Below the pieces are notes generated by a model. That model was not told where the DNA came from. It saw nothing but the letters and a program-made list of their open reading frames with translations, and did not search any database. Position numbers and translations under genes: made by a program. Positions 1 through 10,040 of a stretch of 64,000 nucleotides of DNA are shown in pieces. This stretch comes from Pseudomonadota bacterium (GTDB lineage Bacteria; Myxococcota; JACRCW01; JAFGSX01), in contig JBDRCO010000046.1 of the NCBI GenBank assembly GCA_043821645.1, positions 1 through 64,000 on the forward strand, read 5' to 3'. The number at the start of each line of letters is the position of its first letter. The first letter of the stretch is position 1.

Positions 1-549
1 GCTCCCGCCCGGCAGGCTGCAGTCGCGCCGCGGCAGCCGACGCCACCACCTCCGGGGTCCCCGCAGGCGCGCGCCCCGGCCGCCCGGGCACCCGCCGCGC
101 CTCGGCGCCCACCCTCGGCACCTCAGGCCCGGCAGCCACAACCCTCGGTCTCGGACTGGGATGACGACGCCCGGTCACCGCTGGACGGCGCCGCGGGCAA
201 GGCAGGCGACTGGGACGATGACGAGGCCGCGAGCCACATGTCCGGCTTGACCGGCCTGTCCAATCTCTCTGGAGTGTCGCGCACCAGTGGCCCGGCGGGT
301 CCGCTTCCGTCGGTGTCCGCGAGCGATCCCTACGCACCGGCGGCCATGGCGCGACTGTGCATGCTGTCGCCGGGTGTGGTGATGCAGGTGGCGCGCCAGG
401 CCCCGGTGGGCGCAAGCCCCGTGCTCCAGCTCATCGGCAGCTTGCGCGAGGCCAAGGATGAGCGCGGTCAAAGTGAGCTGATGCGACGCTTCATCAACGA
501 GCACCGCGAGAACGCGACCCGCACCCTGGAGATGTTGCTGACGACCTGA
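1..549 (+). CDS. Hypothetical protein, C-terminal part (5' end outside window); Pro/Ala-rich linker then a helical domain
   Basis: Frame 1 is open from base 1 into track ORF 238..549 (APARQAAVAPRQPTPPPP...DWDDD...DWDDDE...); GAGGAG RBS for the next gene follows the stop. Confidence 0.65.
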   Translation, partial: APARQAAVAPRQPTPPPPGSPQARAPAARAPAAPRRPPSAPQARQPQPSVSDWDDDARSPLDGAAGKAGDWDDDEAASHMSGLTGLSNLSGVSRTSGPAGPLPSVSASDPYAPAAMARLCMLSPGVVMQVARQAPVGASPVLQLIGSLREAKDERGQSELMRRFINEHRENATRTLEMLLTT

Positions 550-563
550 GGAGAGACCGCGCC

Positions 564-1292
564 ATGCCAACCCGACACGACCGCGGCCCGCGCCTTCCCC
601 GCATCCAGGTGGCGCATTACATGACCGCCGAGGAGTATGCGCCCCAGGCCGATCGCCTGCGCGTCCTGAAGCACATCGAGGCCAGCGCGAACCCCTGCCC
701 GCGCTGTCCTGGCCACTGCTGCCAGCTGCTGCTGTCCCTGACCGTCCACGATGTGGCGCGCATCTGCGTGGGGCTCTCGGTGCGGCCCGAGGAGTTCTGC
801 TTCTTGCAGGCGCGCACCGACGACTGGAACTCGCCGCCCGTCGACGTCGAGGGCACGCCCATGCACCTGATGCTGGACAGCGGGACCCTGCAATCCACGG
901 GGAACTCCAAGCCCTGTGTGTTCCTGCACACCATGCACGTGAGCCGGCGCTGCAGCATCTACGAGCTGCGCCCCATGACCTGCCGGCTGTACCCCTTCCG
1001 CTGGTACGAGGATGACCAGCTGACCGGGCCGCGCACCATCTGGTGCCCGGACAAGTGGCTGGTCGACGCCCCGCAGCGGCGCCGGGTCACCAAGGTCATC
1101 CGCCAATCTCTGGTCGAGCTGGCGCAGTCGGCCGAGGCCATACAGGCCTTCAATCGCCAGCGTCGGATCCCGCACACCTCCGAGGCGTTTCTGACCTACG
1201 CCATCGACAAAGGCGCCGAGTTTTTGAAGCTGGATGCCCGCGAGCTGCTCCAGCCGCGCGTGTCACGGCAGCTGGGACGTCGGATCTGGTAG
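564..1292 (+). CDS. YkgJ-family (CxxCxxCC-type) cysteine-cluster protein
   Basis: CPRCPGHCC near the N-terminus and CVFL...RCSIYELRPMTCRLYPF signature; GGAG RBS. Confidence 0.85.
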   Translation: MPTRHDRGPRLPRIQVAHYMTAEEYAPQADRLRVLKHIEASANPCPRCPGHCCQLLLSLTVHDVARICVGLSVRPEEFCFLQARTDDWNSPPVDVEGTPMHLMLDSGTLQSTGNSKPCVFLHTMHVSRRCSIYELRPMTCRLYPFRWYEDDQLTGPRTIWCPDKWLVDAPQRRRVTKVIRQSLVELAQSAEAIQAFNRQRRIPHTSEAFLTYAIDKGAEFLKLDARELLQPRVSRQLGRRIW

Positions 1293-1340
1293 CGGAAGTC
1301 GGCACGCGGGTGCACGCCCGGTGGGCAGGCACGGCAGCGC

Positions 1341-2756
1341 TCAGTTTTCGATGGCCGTGTTCTCGCGCGTCAGGTCCAGGACCTCGTCGTTGTCCGCCAG
1401 CGCGGTGTCGGCCCCATCCCTCTTGTCCTCCACCGCAGGCTCGTCGCCGCCCAGCTCAGCAGGCGGCAAGGGGTCGTGCTCGAACAGCAGCAGCACGCCG
1501 CGCTCGACCACGCTCCCCGGCGGGAAGTTCTGGTAGATGTGGTCGAGCACCTGGCTCACGCTCTGATAGCGGTCGCTGATCTCGTCGCGGGTCATGTGAT
1601 CGAACAGGTCGTCGAGTGTCTCGCCCGCCTGGGGGTTGAGCTTGGACGGCATGGGGGAGCGCCGACCCGGGAGCTGGCCGGTGAGCATCTCGTACAGCAG
1701 GATGCCCAGGCCGTAGACGTCGGCCGCGGTTCCGACCTCGGCGCTGCTGTGCAGCTGCTCCGGTGCCATGTAGCTGGGCGCTCCCATGCCGACGTACACC
1801 GGTACCGTCGTGCTCTGATCCTTCTCGGTGACCCGCGCCACCCCGAAGTCCGTCAGCTTGACGTTGCCCATGCGGTCAAACAGCACGTTCTCGGGCTTGA
1901 GATTGCCGTGCACCACGCCCTCGCTGTGGGCATACAGCAGGCCGTAGCAGATCTGCAGCAGGTAGCGCAGGGCGATGTCGATGGGGAGCGTGCCCTGATC
2001 CTCGGTCTTGCGCCGGAACAAGCGCTCCTTGAGCGACCCGCCCTGGGCGTAGTCCATGATCAGGGTCGGGAAGGTGCAGTCAAAGTCGACGTCGTGGATG
2101 GCCAGGATGTGCGGGTGCACCAGCCCGGCCTGGGCCATGACCTCGCGGCGCAGGCGTCGCAGGATCTCCTCGCGCGGCACGTAGGAGACATACTCGAAGA
2201 CGTGGCGCACTTCCTTGAGCGCCACAGCGTGGCCGAGCACCACATTCTTGCCGCGATACACCGTGCCCAGGCTGCCCTGGCCGATGGCGTCGTAGCGGAC
2301 GTAGCGGCCCATGACCACGTCCTCGCTCTCGGACAGCAGGCGGCCCGTGTTCTCGCTCAGGGCGCCGGCGGCCACGGCCTCGCGGCGGGGGATGGGCGGG
2401 GGCGAGCCCGGACTCACGGAGGTGCGGGTGGCGTCGTCGCGCTTGAGGCGCGGCGCGAAGTGGGCCGCCAGCCGGGCATGAAAGCCCGGGTCCTCCAGGC
2501 CGTCCGCGATGTTCTTGCCGCGATCGCTCACCGCCACGGTGTTGTTCGTGCGATCGATGTTCAGGTAGCCCGTCTTCTTGAGAAAGGCGCAGTAGTCGAC
2601 GAAGCCAAGCGACAGGCTCGGCTCCAGCAACTTCTCGGCCTCGGACAGCGAGACCTCGCTCCCGAACAGGTCCTGCCGCAGCAGCGTGCGCAGCAAGAAT
2701 CGGTGCTCCTCGGTGATCTTCTCGATGGTGAGCGGTGCATCCAGGCGCCTGGACAT
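1341..2756 (-). CDS. Hanks-type Ser/Thr kinase-like protein (probable pseudokinase) with an N-terminal helical/wHTH-like domain
   Basis: IGQGSLGTVY, VALKE, HGNLKPEN, DFG, YMAPE and DVYGLG motifs. Start placed at MSRRLD behind an AAAGGA RBS. Confidence 0.85.
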   Translation of the reverse strand: MSRRLDAPLTIEKITEEHRFLLRTLLRQDLFGSEVSLSEAEKLLEPSLSLGFVDYCAFLKKTGYLNIDRTNNTVAVSDRGKNIADGLEDPGFHARLAAHFAPRLKRDDATRTSVSPGSPPPIPRREAVAAGALSENTGRLLSESEDVVMGRYVRYDAIGQGSLGTVYRGKNVVLGHAVALKEVRHVFEYVSYVPREEILRRLRREVMAQAGLVHPHILAIHDVDFDCTFPTLIMDYAQGGSLKERLFRRKTEDQGTLPIDIALRYLLQICYGLLYAHSEGVVHGNLKPENVLFDRMGNVKLTDFGVARVTEKDQSTTVPVYVGMGAPSYMAPEQLHSSAEVGTAADVYGLGILLYEMLTGQLPGRRSPMPSKLNPQAGETLDDLFDHMTRDEISDRYQSVSQVLDHIYQNFPPGSVVERGVLLLFEHDPLPPAELGGDEPAVEDKRDGADTALADNDEVLDLTRENTAIEN

Positions 2757-2838
2757 GGCAGCGGTCCTTTCGTGATCCCGGTGGGGGTCCACCTCAGGGC
2801 GGCGGCATCATAGCGCAGGGCGGTGCCCGGAATCCACG

Positions 2839-4620
2839 TCAGCGCGCTGTCGACGTCGTCAGGGTGCGGCCGGGCTTGGCGTAGAGACTGACCAGGGGCA
2901 CCCCTCGCAGGTGCAGGTCCGCGATGGGCGTGTGCGTGCCGTAGTTCTGCCACACCTTGTACAGCTCCTCCATGTATCCGCCCTGATGAAACACCAGGGC
3001 GAAGTCCGAGGTCTCGACGCTGGAGGCGTACTGCACACCCTTCTGCAGCAGGCCATCGCGCTGGTACATGCGGTAGCTGTCGAAGTTGGTGCGGTTGAAG
3101 AACACCCGGCTGCTGGCCGGAGCGCGGTTGAGCTCGTCCTCGATGAGGCGGCGGCTGGAGTGCCCCCAGAAGGTGCGCTGCAGGTTCTTGCTGGCGCCAC
3201 CGCGAATGCCACCGGCCAGAGCGTTGTAGTAGCTCAGGCCGTAAGGATGCACGCGCATGCTGTCGACGAGCGCTGGCAGCAGCACCAGCGCGAGGAGGGC
3301 CGCCGGCGCCCACTGCCACGTGCTGCGCGGCACATGCGTCTGCAGGGCGTGCCAGGCCCGCTCGAGGGCCAGCGCCGCAAACAGGGCCACGAAGGGTGTC
3401 GACGGCATCCAGTGCTTGATGCCGCCGAAGATGGGCACGTTGGGCAGGGCGATGAGGACCATGGGGAACAGCGCCATCATGCCCCACAGCAGCAAGGTGG
3501 CGCCTTCGCTGTCTCCGTCGGCGCTGCGCAGGGTCTGGGGCGTCGCTGCCGGGCCGTGGCGCAGCTCGTGCACGATGCGGCGCAGCCCGAGACCCATGCC
3601 CGTCACGCCCAAAGCAAGCGTGCCCAGGGGCATGGTGAACGCGGTCATCACGAAGGGAAAGGTCACCGGGAAAGGCGGCAGCAACAGCAGGCGGTCGAAG
3701 TACGAGATCGGGTAGTGCTCGTGGTTCAGGTGAAAGGCCAGGTAGCTGCCGAAGCGCTCGAAGGGGTGATGCCACAGGTAGGGCCAGTGCAGATACATGA
3801 TCAGCGGCGCCGCCACGGCCATGAACACGAAGGCCAGGGGCAGCGGTGGCAGGCGCAAGGATCCCCCTCCGTCGCGGTCCAGGGAGAAGCTCCTGAAGTG
3901 GATGAACAGATAGTGCGCCAGCAGCAGCACCGCGAGGAACAGCGCGTTGTGCTTGGTGGCGCAGGCCAGCCCGAACACCAGCCCCGCGATCAGCGCACCG
4001 CGCAGGGTGCGGCGCCCGGCGAGGTAGCTGTAAACCACGAGCACGGTCATCGCGGTCACCGGCACGTCGAAGCAGGCCAGGTGGCTGTAGAAGTAGTTGT
4101 GGGGCATCCACCACCACGCCAGGCCCGCGAACAGCGCGAAGGGGCGACCCAGCCCGGCCCGGCGCCCCAGGGCGAAGGTGAAGCCCGTGCACAGCGCGGC
4201 GAACAGCGGCCCGACCACGCGAAAGCCCTCGGCGTTGGAGCTGATGCCGAGCACCTCGTGGGTCCACCACCAGGTCGCGCCCATCAGCGTCTTGATCAGC
4301 ACCGGGTGCTCGTGGTTGTACTCGAAGAAGCGCACGATGGTGGCGTCGGAGAAGGTCTCGAAGAAGCGCCCGCTGAACAGGTTGCGCCACAGCTCTCGGT
4401 ACCAGCCCCAGTACTGCTCGCCGGCCTTGAAGTAATAACCCTCGTCGCGGGTGAAGCCGACGGTGGGGCTGGTGATGCGCAATGTGACGTAGGTCACCAA
4501 ACCCAGGGCCAGTCCCCAGCACAGGTCGCGGTGTGCAGCGGCCCAACCCAGCAGACGCAGCCCTGGCCGCGTGGCGTCGGGAGCGGGAGCCGTCGTCGGG
4601 GTGGGGAGAGCATCGGTCAT
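2839..4620 (-). CDS. GT-C fold membrane glycosyltransferase (ArnT/PMT-like, GT39/83)
   Basis: Many TM helices; first-loop TRDEGYY, EHPVL, GLACATK motifs; AAGGAA upstream of MTDALP. Confidence 0.8.
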   Translation of the reverse strand: MTDALPTPTTAPAPDATRPGLRLLGWAAAHRDLCWGLALGLVTYVTLRITSPTVGFTRDEGYYFKAGEQYWGWYRELWRNLFSGRFFETFSDATIVRFFEYNHEHPVLIKTLMGATWWWTHEVLGISSNAEGFRVVGPLFAALCTGFTFALGRRAGLGRPFALFAGLAWWWMPHNYFYSHLACFDVPVTAMTVLVVYSYLAGRRTLRGALIAGLVFGLACATKHNALFLAVLLLAHYLFIHFRSFSLDRDGGGSLRLPPLPLAFVFMAVAAPLIMYLHWPYLWHHPFERFGSYLAFHLNHEHYPISYFDRLLLLPPFPVTFPFVMTAFTMPLGTLALGVTGMGLGLRRIVHELRHGPAATPQTLRSADGDSEGATLLLWGMMALFPMVLIALPNVPIFGGIKHWMPSTPFVALFAALALERAWHALQTHVPRSTWQWAPAALLALVLLPALVDSMRVHPYGLSYYNALAGGIRGGASKNLQRTFWGHSSRRLIEDELNRAPASSRVFFNRTNFDSYRMYQRDGLLQKGVQYASSVETSDFALVFHQGGYMEELYKVWQNYGTHTPIADLHLRGVPLVSLYAKPGRTLTTSTAR

Positions 4621-4721
4621 CGCGCGTTCCTTGCTGCAGCGAGTCACAACTTATCAGCGCCAGGTGTGCGGTTCGCGTCTTTTTTTTTTGTACGTTCGAC
4701 CGAAAGGGAGATAATCCCACC

Positions 4722-5549
4722 ATGGCGCCCAAGGGGGTTTCCATTCGTTTTTACGGCGTGCGTGGCAGCCTCCCTGTGCCCGGCCCGTCGACCTTACGCA
4801 CGGGTGGCAACACCTCGTGCGTGCTGTACACGGCTGGCGATCGCAAGATCATCCTCGACTGCGGCTCGGGCATGCGCGTGCTCGCCAACGACCTGATGGC
4901 CAGCGGCCAGCCCGTGCGCGCTGACGTCTTCATCAGCCACTATCACTGGGATCACATGATGGGGTTGCCCTTCTTTTACCCCATCTATTCCCCGGGGACC
5001 GTGCTGGCGATCCACGGCGAGCGCAAGGAGGGCCTCGGCGTCAAGGACGAGGTCACCAAGCAGTTCACCGGACCCAACTTTCCGGTCGAGCGCAAGGACC
5101 TGCGCAGCAAGCTGACCTACGACGACATCGGTCCCGGCGACAGCCTCGATCTCGACGAGGTCCATGTCGAGGTGGTGCGGCTCAAGCACCCCAACCTGTG
5201 CCTGGGCTTCCGCCTCGAGTACCGCGGCACCAAGGTGGTCTACACCACCGACCATGAGCACGGCACCGAGCTCGACGACGGTCTCATCGCCTTCGCCCAG
5301 GGTGCGGACTGCCTGATCTACGACCAGATGTACACCAAGGCGGAGTACGAGAAGTCCGCTCGCGGCTTCGGTCACTCCTGCTGGGACGAGGCGGTGCGCG
5401 TGGCCAGTGCGGCGGGCGTCGGCAACCTGCTGCTGTATCACCACGACCCCAACCGCGACGACGACGCTGTCGATGCCATCGAGGCCGAGGCCACGCGCGC
5501 GTTTCGCGGCGCCATCGCAGCGCGCGAGGGCTTCGAGATCGAGTACTAG
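4722..5549 (+). CDS. MBL-fold metallo-hydrolase
   Basis: RFYGVRGSLP, GGNTSC, LDCGSG, SHYHWDH (HxHxDH), YTTDHE, GHS, YHHDP motifs. Confidence 0.9.
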   Translation: MAPKGVSIRFYGVRGSLPVPGPSTLRTGGNTSCVLYTAGDRKIILDCGSGMRVLANDLMASGQPVRADVFISHYHWDHMMGLPFFYPIYSPGTVLAIHGERKEGLGVKDEVTKQFTGPNFPVERKDLRSKLTYDDIGPGDSLDLDEVHVEVVRLKHPNLCLGFRLEYRGTKVVYTTDHEHGTELDDGLIAFAQGADCLIYDQMYTKAEYEKSARGFGHSCWDEAVRVASAAGVGNLLLYHHDPNRDDDAVDAIEAEATRAFRGAIAAREGFEIEY

Positions 5550-5609
5550 CCGTCCGTCGTCATCACCTTCCCGCTGCAGCGTCGGCACCCGCGGTGACGA
5601 ACGCGCGCG

Positions 5610-6425
5610 CTATCCGGCGAGGGCCGCGAAGGCGTAGACGGGCCGTCCCGATGCATGGAGTTCGGCGGGCTGGGCGTCCAGCACGCGGTGGCGATCACCG
5701 GTGACGATCTCGTGCACGTAGGAACTCGACCAGGGCGCCACCAGGAAGGCGTCGATCAGGCCCATGAGCAGCATCGAGCTGGGGTGGCGAGCCATGGGCA
5801 GGGTCTGCACGAGCACTCTGGTCAGGTGTGGAAAAGACTTGCCCAGGAAGCGGAACCACTCGGGGGACCGCGCGCCCATCAGCCGGCTGTCGACGAAGAT
5901 GCTGCGGATGGACGTGGCGCTCGAGGTCAGGCGCCAGATGGCGTCGAGGGGTCGGCGCGCCGGCACAGGCCGTGCGTCCGCGGACAGCACATCGCGCTCC
6001 AGCTCCAGGCGCAGTTCGCGATCCGTGGTCATGATCAAGGCCTGCACAGGATCGTTTCCGGCGCGGGGTTGCTCGCGCTCATCCAGCACCTGCTGCAGCG
6101 GGTCCCGGGACGAGAACACCTCGTGCTCGAAGCGAAGCGCGATGCCCGCCTCGGCAGGCGCCTCCGGATCGCGTGGCACCACCGAGGCCGCCACCGACAC
6201 CGATCGCGACCACGGAAAGTGAAGGATGATGCGCAGGCGTTGCCCGGGTTCAAAGAAGTCGCCACCGCACATCAACACGCCGCCGAGCCCTATGTTTCGG
6301 GACCAGAAGATGCCGATGTTGGTGCGGGACTCGAGCACGGTGCAGGGCACGCACAGCAGGTGTCGCGGGCTCTCTCGCCGCTCGCGGCCGCTCGTCGCCG
6401 AATCGACGCATGGACTCTGTCGCAT
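5610..6425 (-). CDS. PilZ-domain protein with a degenerate receiver-like C-terminal domain
   Basis: RRESPR (RxxxR), NIGLGG, GIALRF; C-terminal half has a REC-like pattern (IFVD, FLVAPW); AAGGAGGGGG RBS. Confidence 0.6.
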   Translation of the reverse strand: MRQSPCVDSATSGRERRESPRHLLCVPCTVLESRTNIGIFWSRNIGLGGVLMCGGDFFEPGQRLRIILHFPWSRSVSVAASVVPRDPEAPAEAGIALRFEHEVFSSRDPLQQVLDEREQPRAGNDPVQALIMTTDRELRLELERDVLSADARPVPARRPLDAIWRLTSSATSIRSIFVDSRLMGARSPEWFRFLGKSFPHLTRVLVQTLPMARHPSSMLLMGLIDAFLVAPWSSSYVHEIVTGDRHRVLDAQPAELHASGRPVYAFAALAG

Positions 6426-6821
6426 TTCCCCCTCCTTGTTGCGGACGTCCTTTCCCTTTCTCCCTCCCGGAGCTCAGCACGATCGCAGCACACTGCACGC
6501 GCGGCCTCGATCCGGCCCGCCTCCCTCCCGCCATCCCCGGGCGGACTGCCGCTTCAGCACAGCGCGCACAGTCCAAGCCCCACCCGGTGTTTCCCCAGGT
6601 CTGTGCCGGATGGTGCTTGGAGATCCCCCTCCCCGCATCTTTCAAGGTGAGGCGCGTCACCGCTGGTGTCAACACCTACCGTCACGAAATGCCAAGTGCT
6701 CGGAATGCCATCGACCTGCGAGCACGGAGCCGCGGCGTGAGAATCGCCAAGGGGAGGGTGGTGACTCTGGTCGGCTGCGATCCGGGACGCGCAGGGTGTC
6801 GTGTCAGGTGGCCATCTCCCT

Positions 6822-7529
6822 CTAATCCAGGTGCTCCACGGCGTGGCCCCAGCTGATCCAGTACGCCTCGCCATAGTCCCACTTGAGCTGCTCGCCCCGC
6901 GCCACACGGCGCGTGGTCGTCAGCAGGGGCCAGAACAGTCCGTCGTGGGCGACCACCTGCACCTGCAGGTTGGGCGGCTGGCTCTTGCTGCCATTGATCC
7001 AGCGAGCGGGTCCTCCGCGGCGCTGCGCGCTCAGATCGAGATCGAAGTCGCTGGCCCGACAGAACAGGCCGTTGGGGCAGCGAAAGCTGCGGTGGTACGA
7101 CACCAGGTAGGGGTCGTGGCGGTTGATGCCCTGGTCGCGCTGGATGTCCCCCGTGTAGATCGCCACCACGGTGTCGTTGCGCAGTGCGTCGACAGCGAAA
7201 AGGCCATGTCCCAGTGCGCCCGCGTCGCCCACGTAGACGCGCTCGAGCAGACGCGCAGGCTCGATGAGATCCTGCCCGTAGCGATCGAGCAGCCTGCGGT
7301 TGGCACGATGCTCGGCCGCGCGCTCCGCGTCCCGGGTCACCGCTCGTCTCACCTCGTCGTCGTCGAAATGGATCTGTAGGCTCAACTCCACGCCGAAGCG
7401 TGCCTGGACTTCGGCGCCGTCGAGGTCGCACGGCCCTCCCCCGTCGTCGACCAGCAGGGCTGGCGTACATGGGGCCACAGTGCTTTGCGTTCCGCTCGGG
7501 CTGTCTGCAGAGGCCCTGTCGTGCATCAT
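6822..7529 (-). CDS. SET-domain protein (putative lysine methyltransferase); start uncertain
   Basis: GHGLFA, IYTG, ARWINGS..PN and GEQLKWDYGEAYW match SET motifs I-IV. Confidence 0.75.
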   Translation of the reverse strand: MMHDRASADSPSGTQSTVAPCTPALLVDDGGGPCDLDGAEVQARFGVELSLQIHFDDDEVRRAVTRDAERAAEHRANRRLLDRYGQDLIEPARLLERVYVGDAGALGHGLFAVDALRNDTVVAIYTGDIQRDQGINRHDPYLVSYHRSFRCPNGLFCRASDFDLDLSAQRRGGPARWINGSKSQPPNLQVQVVAHDGLFWPLLTTTRRVARGEQLKWDYGEAYWISWGHAVEHLD

Positions 7530-7705
7530 CCTGTGTCCGCTCCCGGGGCTGGCACCCTGCCCGGAGAAGGGGTCCGGGACTGCAGGCTACCTGGCCCCGC
7601 ACGCAGAGACACGCGCTTGTTGCGGCTTCTTGCCAGCGCTCCCGGCGAGTGTGGCCCGGGGGGTGGGAGCTGCGCGTCCGCCACGCCCGTAGTACAACAC
7701 AGGCC

Positions 7706-8080
7706 ATGGTGCGTTTGCTGATCCGCTTGCTGGTCAATGCAGCCTCGATCTGGGCCGCCGCCTATCTGGTCGACGGCGTCGTTCTCGACACCCGCAACCC
7801 CTCAGCCGTGCTCCTGGTGGCGCTGGTCTTCGGCGTGGTCAATGCGCTGCTCAAGCCGCTGCTGCGCCTGTTCAGCCTGCCCTTCATCCTGTTCACCCTG
7901 GGCCTGTTCACCCTGATCATCAACGCGGCGCTGTTCTCTGTGACGGCCTACCTCACCGAGGCGCTGAGCGTGAGCGGCTTTGGCGCGGCGCTCTGGGGGG
8001 CCGTGGTCACCTCCGTGGTGAGCTGGTTGCTCGGGGCCTTCGTCGACGACAAGGACCGGCGCGCCCGCGCCAGACACTGA
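7706..8080 (+). CDS. 4-TM 'phage holin family' (YvlD-like) membrane protein
   Basis: ALVFGVVNALLKPLL...LPFILFTLGLFTLIINA signature. Confidence 0.85.
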   Translation: MVRLLIRLLVNAASIWAAAYLVDGVVLDTRNPSAVLLVALVFGVVNALLKPLLRLFSLPFILFTLGLFTLIINAALFSVTAYLTEALSVSGFGAALWGAVVTSVVSWLLGAFVDDKDRRARARH

Positions 8081-8090
8081 AGGACGCAGC

Positions 8091-10040
8091 GTGAAAGACG
8101 AGAGGCTCGAGATCCCAGCAGCGTCCAGGCCAGACGAGGCCTCGCTGCGCCTGCTGCTCGAGAATGTCGAGAAGCAGCACTTCATCTACACCCACGACCT
8201 GGACGGCGTGTTCATCTACATCAGCCCGTCCATCGAGCGCATCCTGGGCTACACCGCCGCCGAGTTCTGCACCCACTTCACGACCTACCTGACCGAGCAC
8301 CCTGTCAACAAGCGAGCGGTCGAGCACACCCAGGGCTCCCTGAGTGGCATCGTGCAGCCCCCCTACTGCGTGGAGATCTACGCCAGGGACCGCTCGGTGC
8401 ACTGGCTCGAGGTGGTCGAGGTCCCGGTGTGCGACGCGCAGGGCGGCGTGGTGGCGGTGCAGGGCCTGGCCAGGGATGTCACCCTGCGCCACAACGCCGA
8501 GGAGGGTCTGCGCGACAGCGAGCAGCGTTTCCGTGAACTCGCGGCGGCTTTACCCGAGGCCGTGTTCGAGTTCGATCTGCAAGGTCGCTTCACCTACGTC
8601 AACGACGCGGGTCTGCGCAACTTCGGCTACACCGAGGAGGATGTGGCCCAAGGCACCTTTGTCGTCGACATGCTGGTCCCCGAGGACAGGGCGCGGGCTC
8701 TGCAGGGCCTTTCCGCGGGCTTCAGGGGCGATCCTGGCAACGAGGAGTACACTGCTTTGCGCCGGGATGGTTCGCGCTTTCCGGTCCACATCCAGGCCCG
8801 CCCCATCGTGCGCAACGATCGTGTCGTGGGGATGCGAGGTCTGGTGCTCGACCTCAGCGAGCGCAGGCGGCTCGAGGAGGAGCTGCTGAAGACCCAGAAG
8901 CTGGAGTCTGTCGGGCTGCTGGCTGGTGGCATCGCGCACGACTTCAACAATCTGCTCGCCGCGGTGCTGGGCAGTATCGAGCTGGCGGGCCTCGACCTCC
9001 CATCTGACCACGTGGCCCAGGAGAGCCTGGCCATGGCCGAGAAGGCAGCGCTCAAGGGCCGGGCGCTGACCCAGCAGCTCCTCACCTTCGCGCGCGGCGG
9101 CGCGCCGATGAAGCGAGCGGTGGATCTCGAACACATCATCACCGATGCCTCCCAGCTTGCCCTCGCGGGCAGCAACGCGCGGGTCGAGCTGACGCTGGCC
9201 GAGGCCCTGCGCCCGGTCGAGGGTGACGACGGTCAGCTGTCGCAGATCTTCAGCAACCTGTTCATCAACGCGGCCCAGGCCATGCCCCAGGGTGGTGTCA
9301 TCTCGGTGCGTGCGCGCAACGTGTGCCGACCGCCCGGAGTCGATGCGACGCAGAGTGCAGACTGGGTGCAGATCGAGCTCGCCGACACGGGTGTCGGGAT
9401 CCCCGCCGAGAACCTGAACCGCATCTTCGATCCCTACTTCACCACCAAGCCCAGGGGCAGTGGGCTAGGCCTGGCGGTCGCCTACTCGGTGGTGCGAGGG
9501 CATGGAGGACAGATCTCGGTCCGATCCGTCCTCGACGAGGGGACCTGCTTCACGCTGCTGCTTCCGGCACAGGCACAGGTCCGTGCGCTGGCCCCCGCCG
9601 GCGAGCACGGCATGCCGCGCGGCAGCGGGCGGGTGCTGGTGCTGGATGACGATCCGCAGGTGCGGCGCGTGGTCGAGGCCATGCTGCGTGCTCTGGGCTA
9701 CCAGCCCACAGGTGTCTCGGATGGCGCCGAGGCCGCCGCCGCTCACCGCCGCGCGTGGGAGGAGGGGCAGCGCTTTCGAGCCGCGCTCCTCGACCTGACG
9801 GTTCCCGGAGGCCTCGGCGGCGCCGCAGTGTCGGGGGCCTTGCGCCTGCAAGACCCTGCGGTCCGCCTCGTCGCCACGTCGGGTTACTCCAACGATCCGG
9901 TGATGGCCCACCCCGATGCGTATGGCTTCGACGAGGTGCTGGCCAAGCCCTACCAGCTGGAGCACCTGGCGCGCCTGCTCCATGCGCTCCTGGGGGGACA
10001 CGCCGAGATTCCGCCGGACACGAATCAAGAAGGATCCTAG
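8091..10040 (+). CDS. Hybrid sensor histidine kinase/response regulator (PAS-PAS-HisKA-HATPase-REC)
   Basis: GGIAHDFNNLL H-box, NLFINAAQAM N-box, DTGVGI, FDPYFTTK, GSGLGL; REC domain VLVLDDD...LLDL...KPY. Confidence 0.95.
   Translation: MKDERLEIPAASRPDEASLRLLLENVEKQHFIYTHDLDGVFIYISPSIERILGYTAAEFCTHFTTYLTEHPVNKRAVEHTQGSLSGIVQPPYCVEIYARDRSVHWLEVVEVPVCDAQGGVVAVQGLARDVTLRHNAEEGLRDSEQRFRELAAALPEAVFEFDLQGRFTYVNDAGLRNFGYTEEDVAQGTFVVDMLVPEDRARALQGLSAGFRGDPGNEEYTALRRDGSRFPVHIQARPIVRNDRVVGMRGLVLDLSERRRLEEELLKTQKLESVGLLAGGIAHDFNNLLAAVLGSIELAGLDLPSDHVAQESLAMAEKAALKGRALTQQLLTFARGGAPMKRAVDLEHIITDASQLALAGSNARVELTLAEALRPVEGDDGQLSQIFSNLFINAAQAMPQGGVISVRARNVCRPPGVDATQSADWVQIELADTGVGIPAENLNRIFDPYFTTKPRGSGLGLAVAYSVVRGHGGQISVRSVLDEGTCFTLLLPAQAQVRALAPAGEHGMPRGSGRVLVLDDDPQVRRVVEAMLRALGYQPTGVSDGAEAAAAHRRAWEEGQRFRAALLDLTVPGGLGGAAVSGALRLQDPAVRLVATSGYSNDPVMAHPDAYGFDEVLAKPYQLEHLARLLHALLGGHAEIPPDTNQEGS

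Noticed and set aside
6426-6821. Riboswitch (e.g. c-di-GMP) in the long leader upstream of the PilZ gene
   Set aside because: I could not match any known aptamer consensus by eye; a covariance-model search would be needed.
7706-8080. Prophage suggested by the 'phage holin family' gene
   Set aside because: YvlD-like proteins are common chromosomal membrane proteins; no phage genes nearby.
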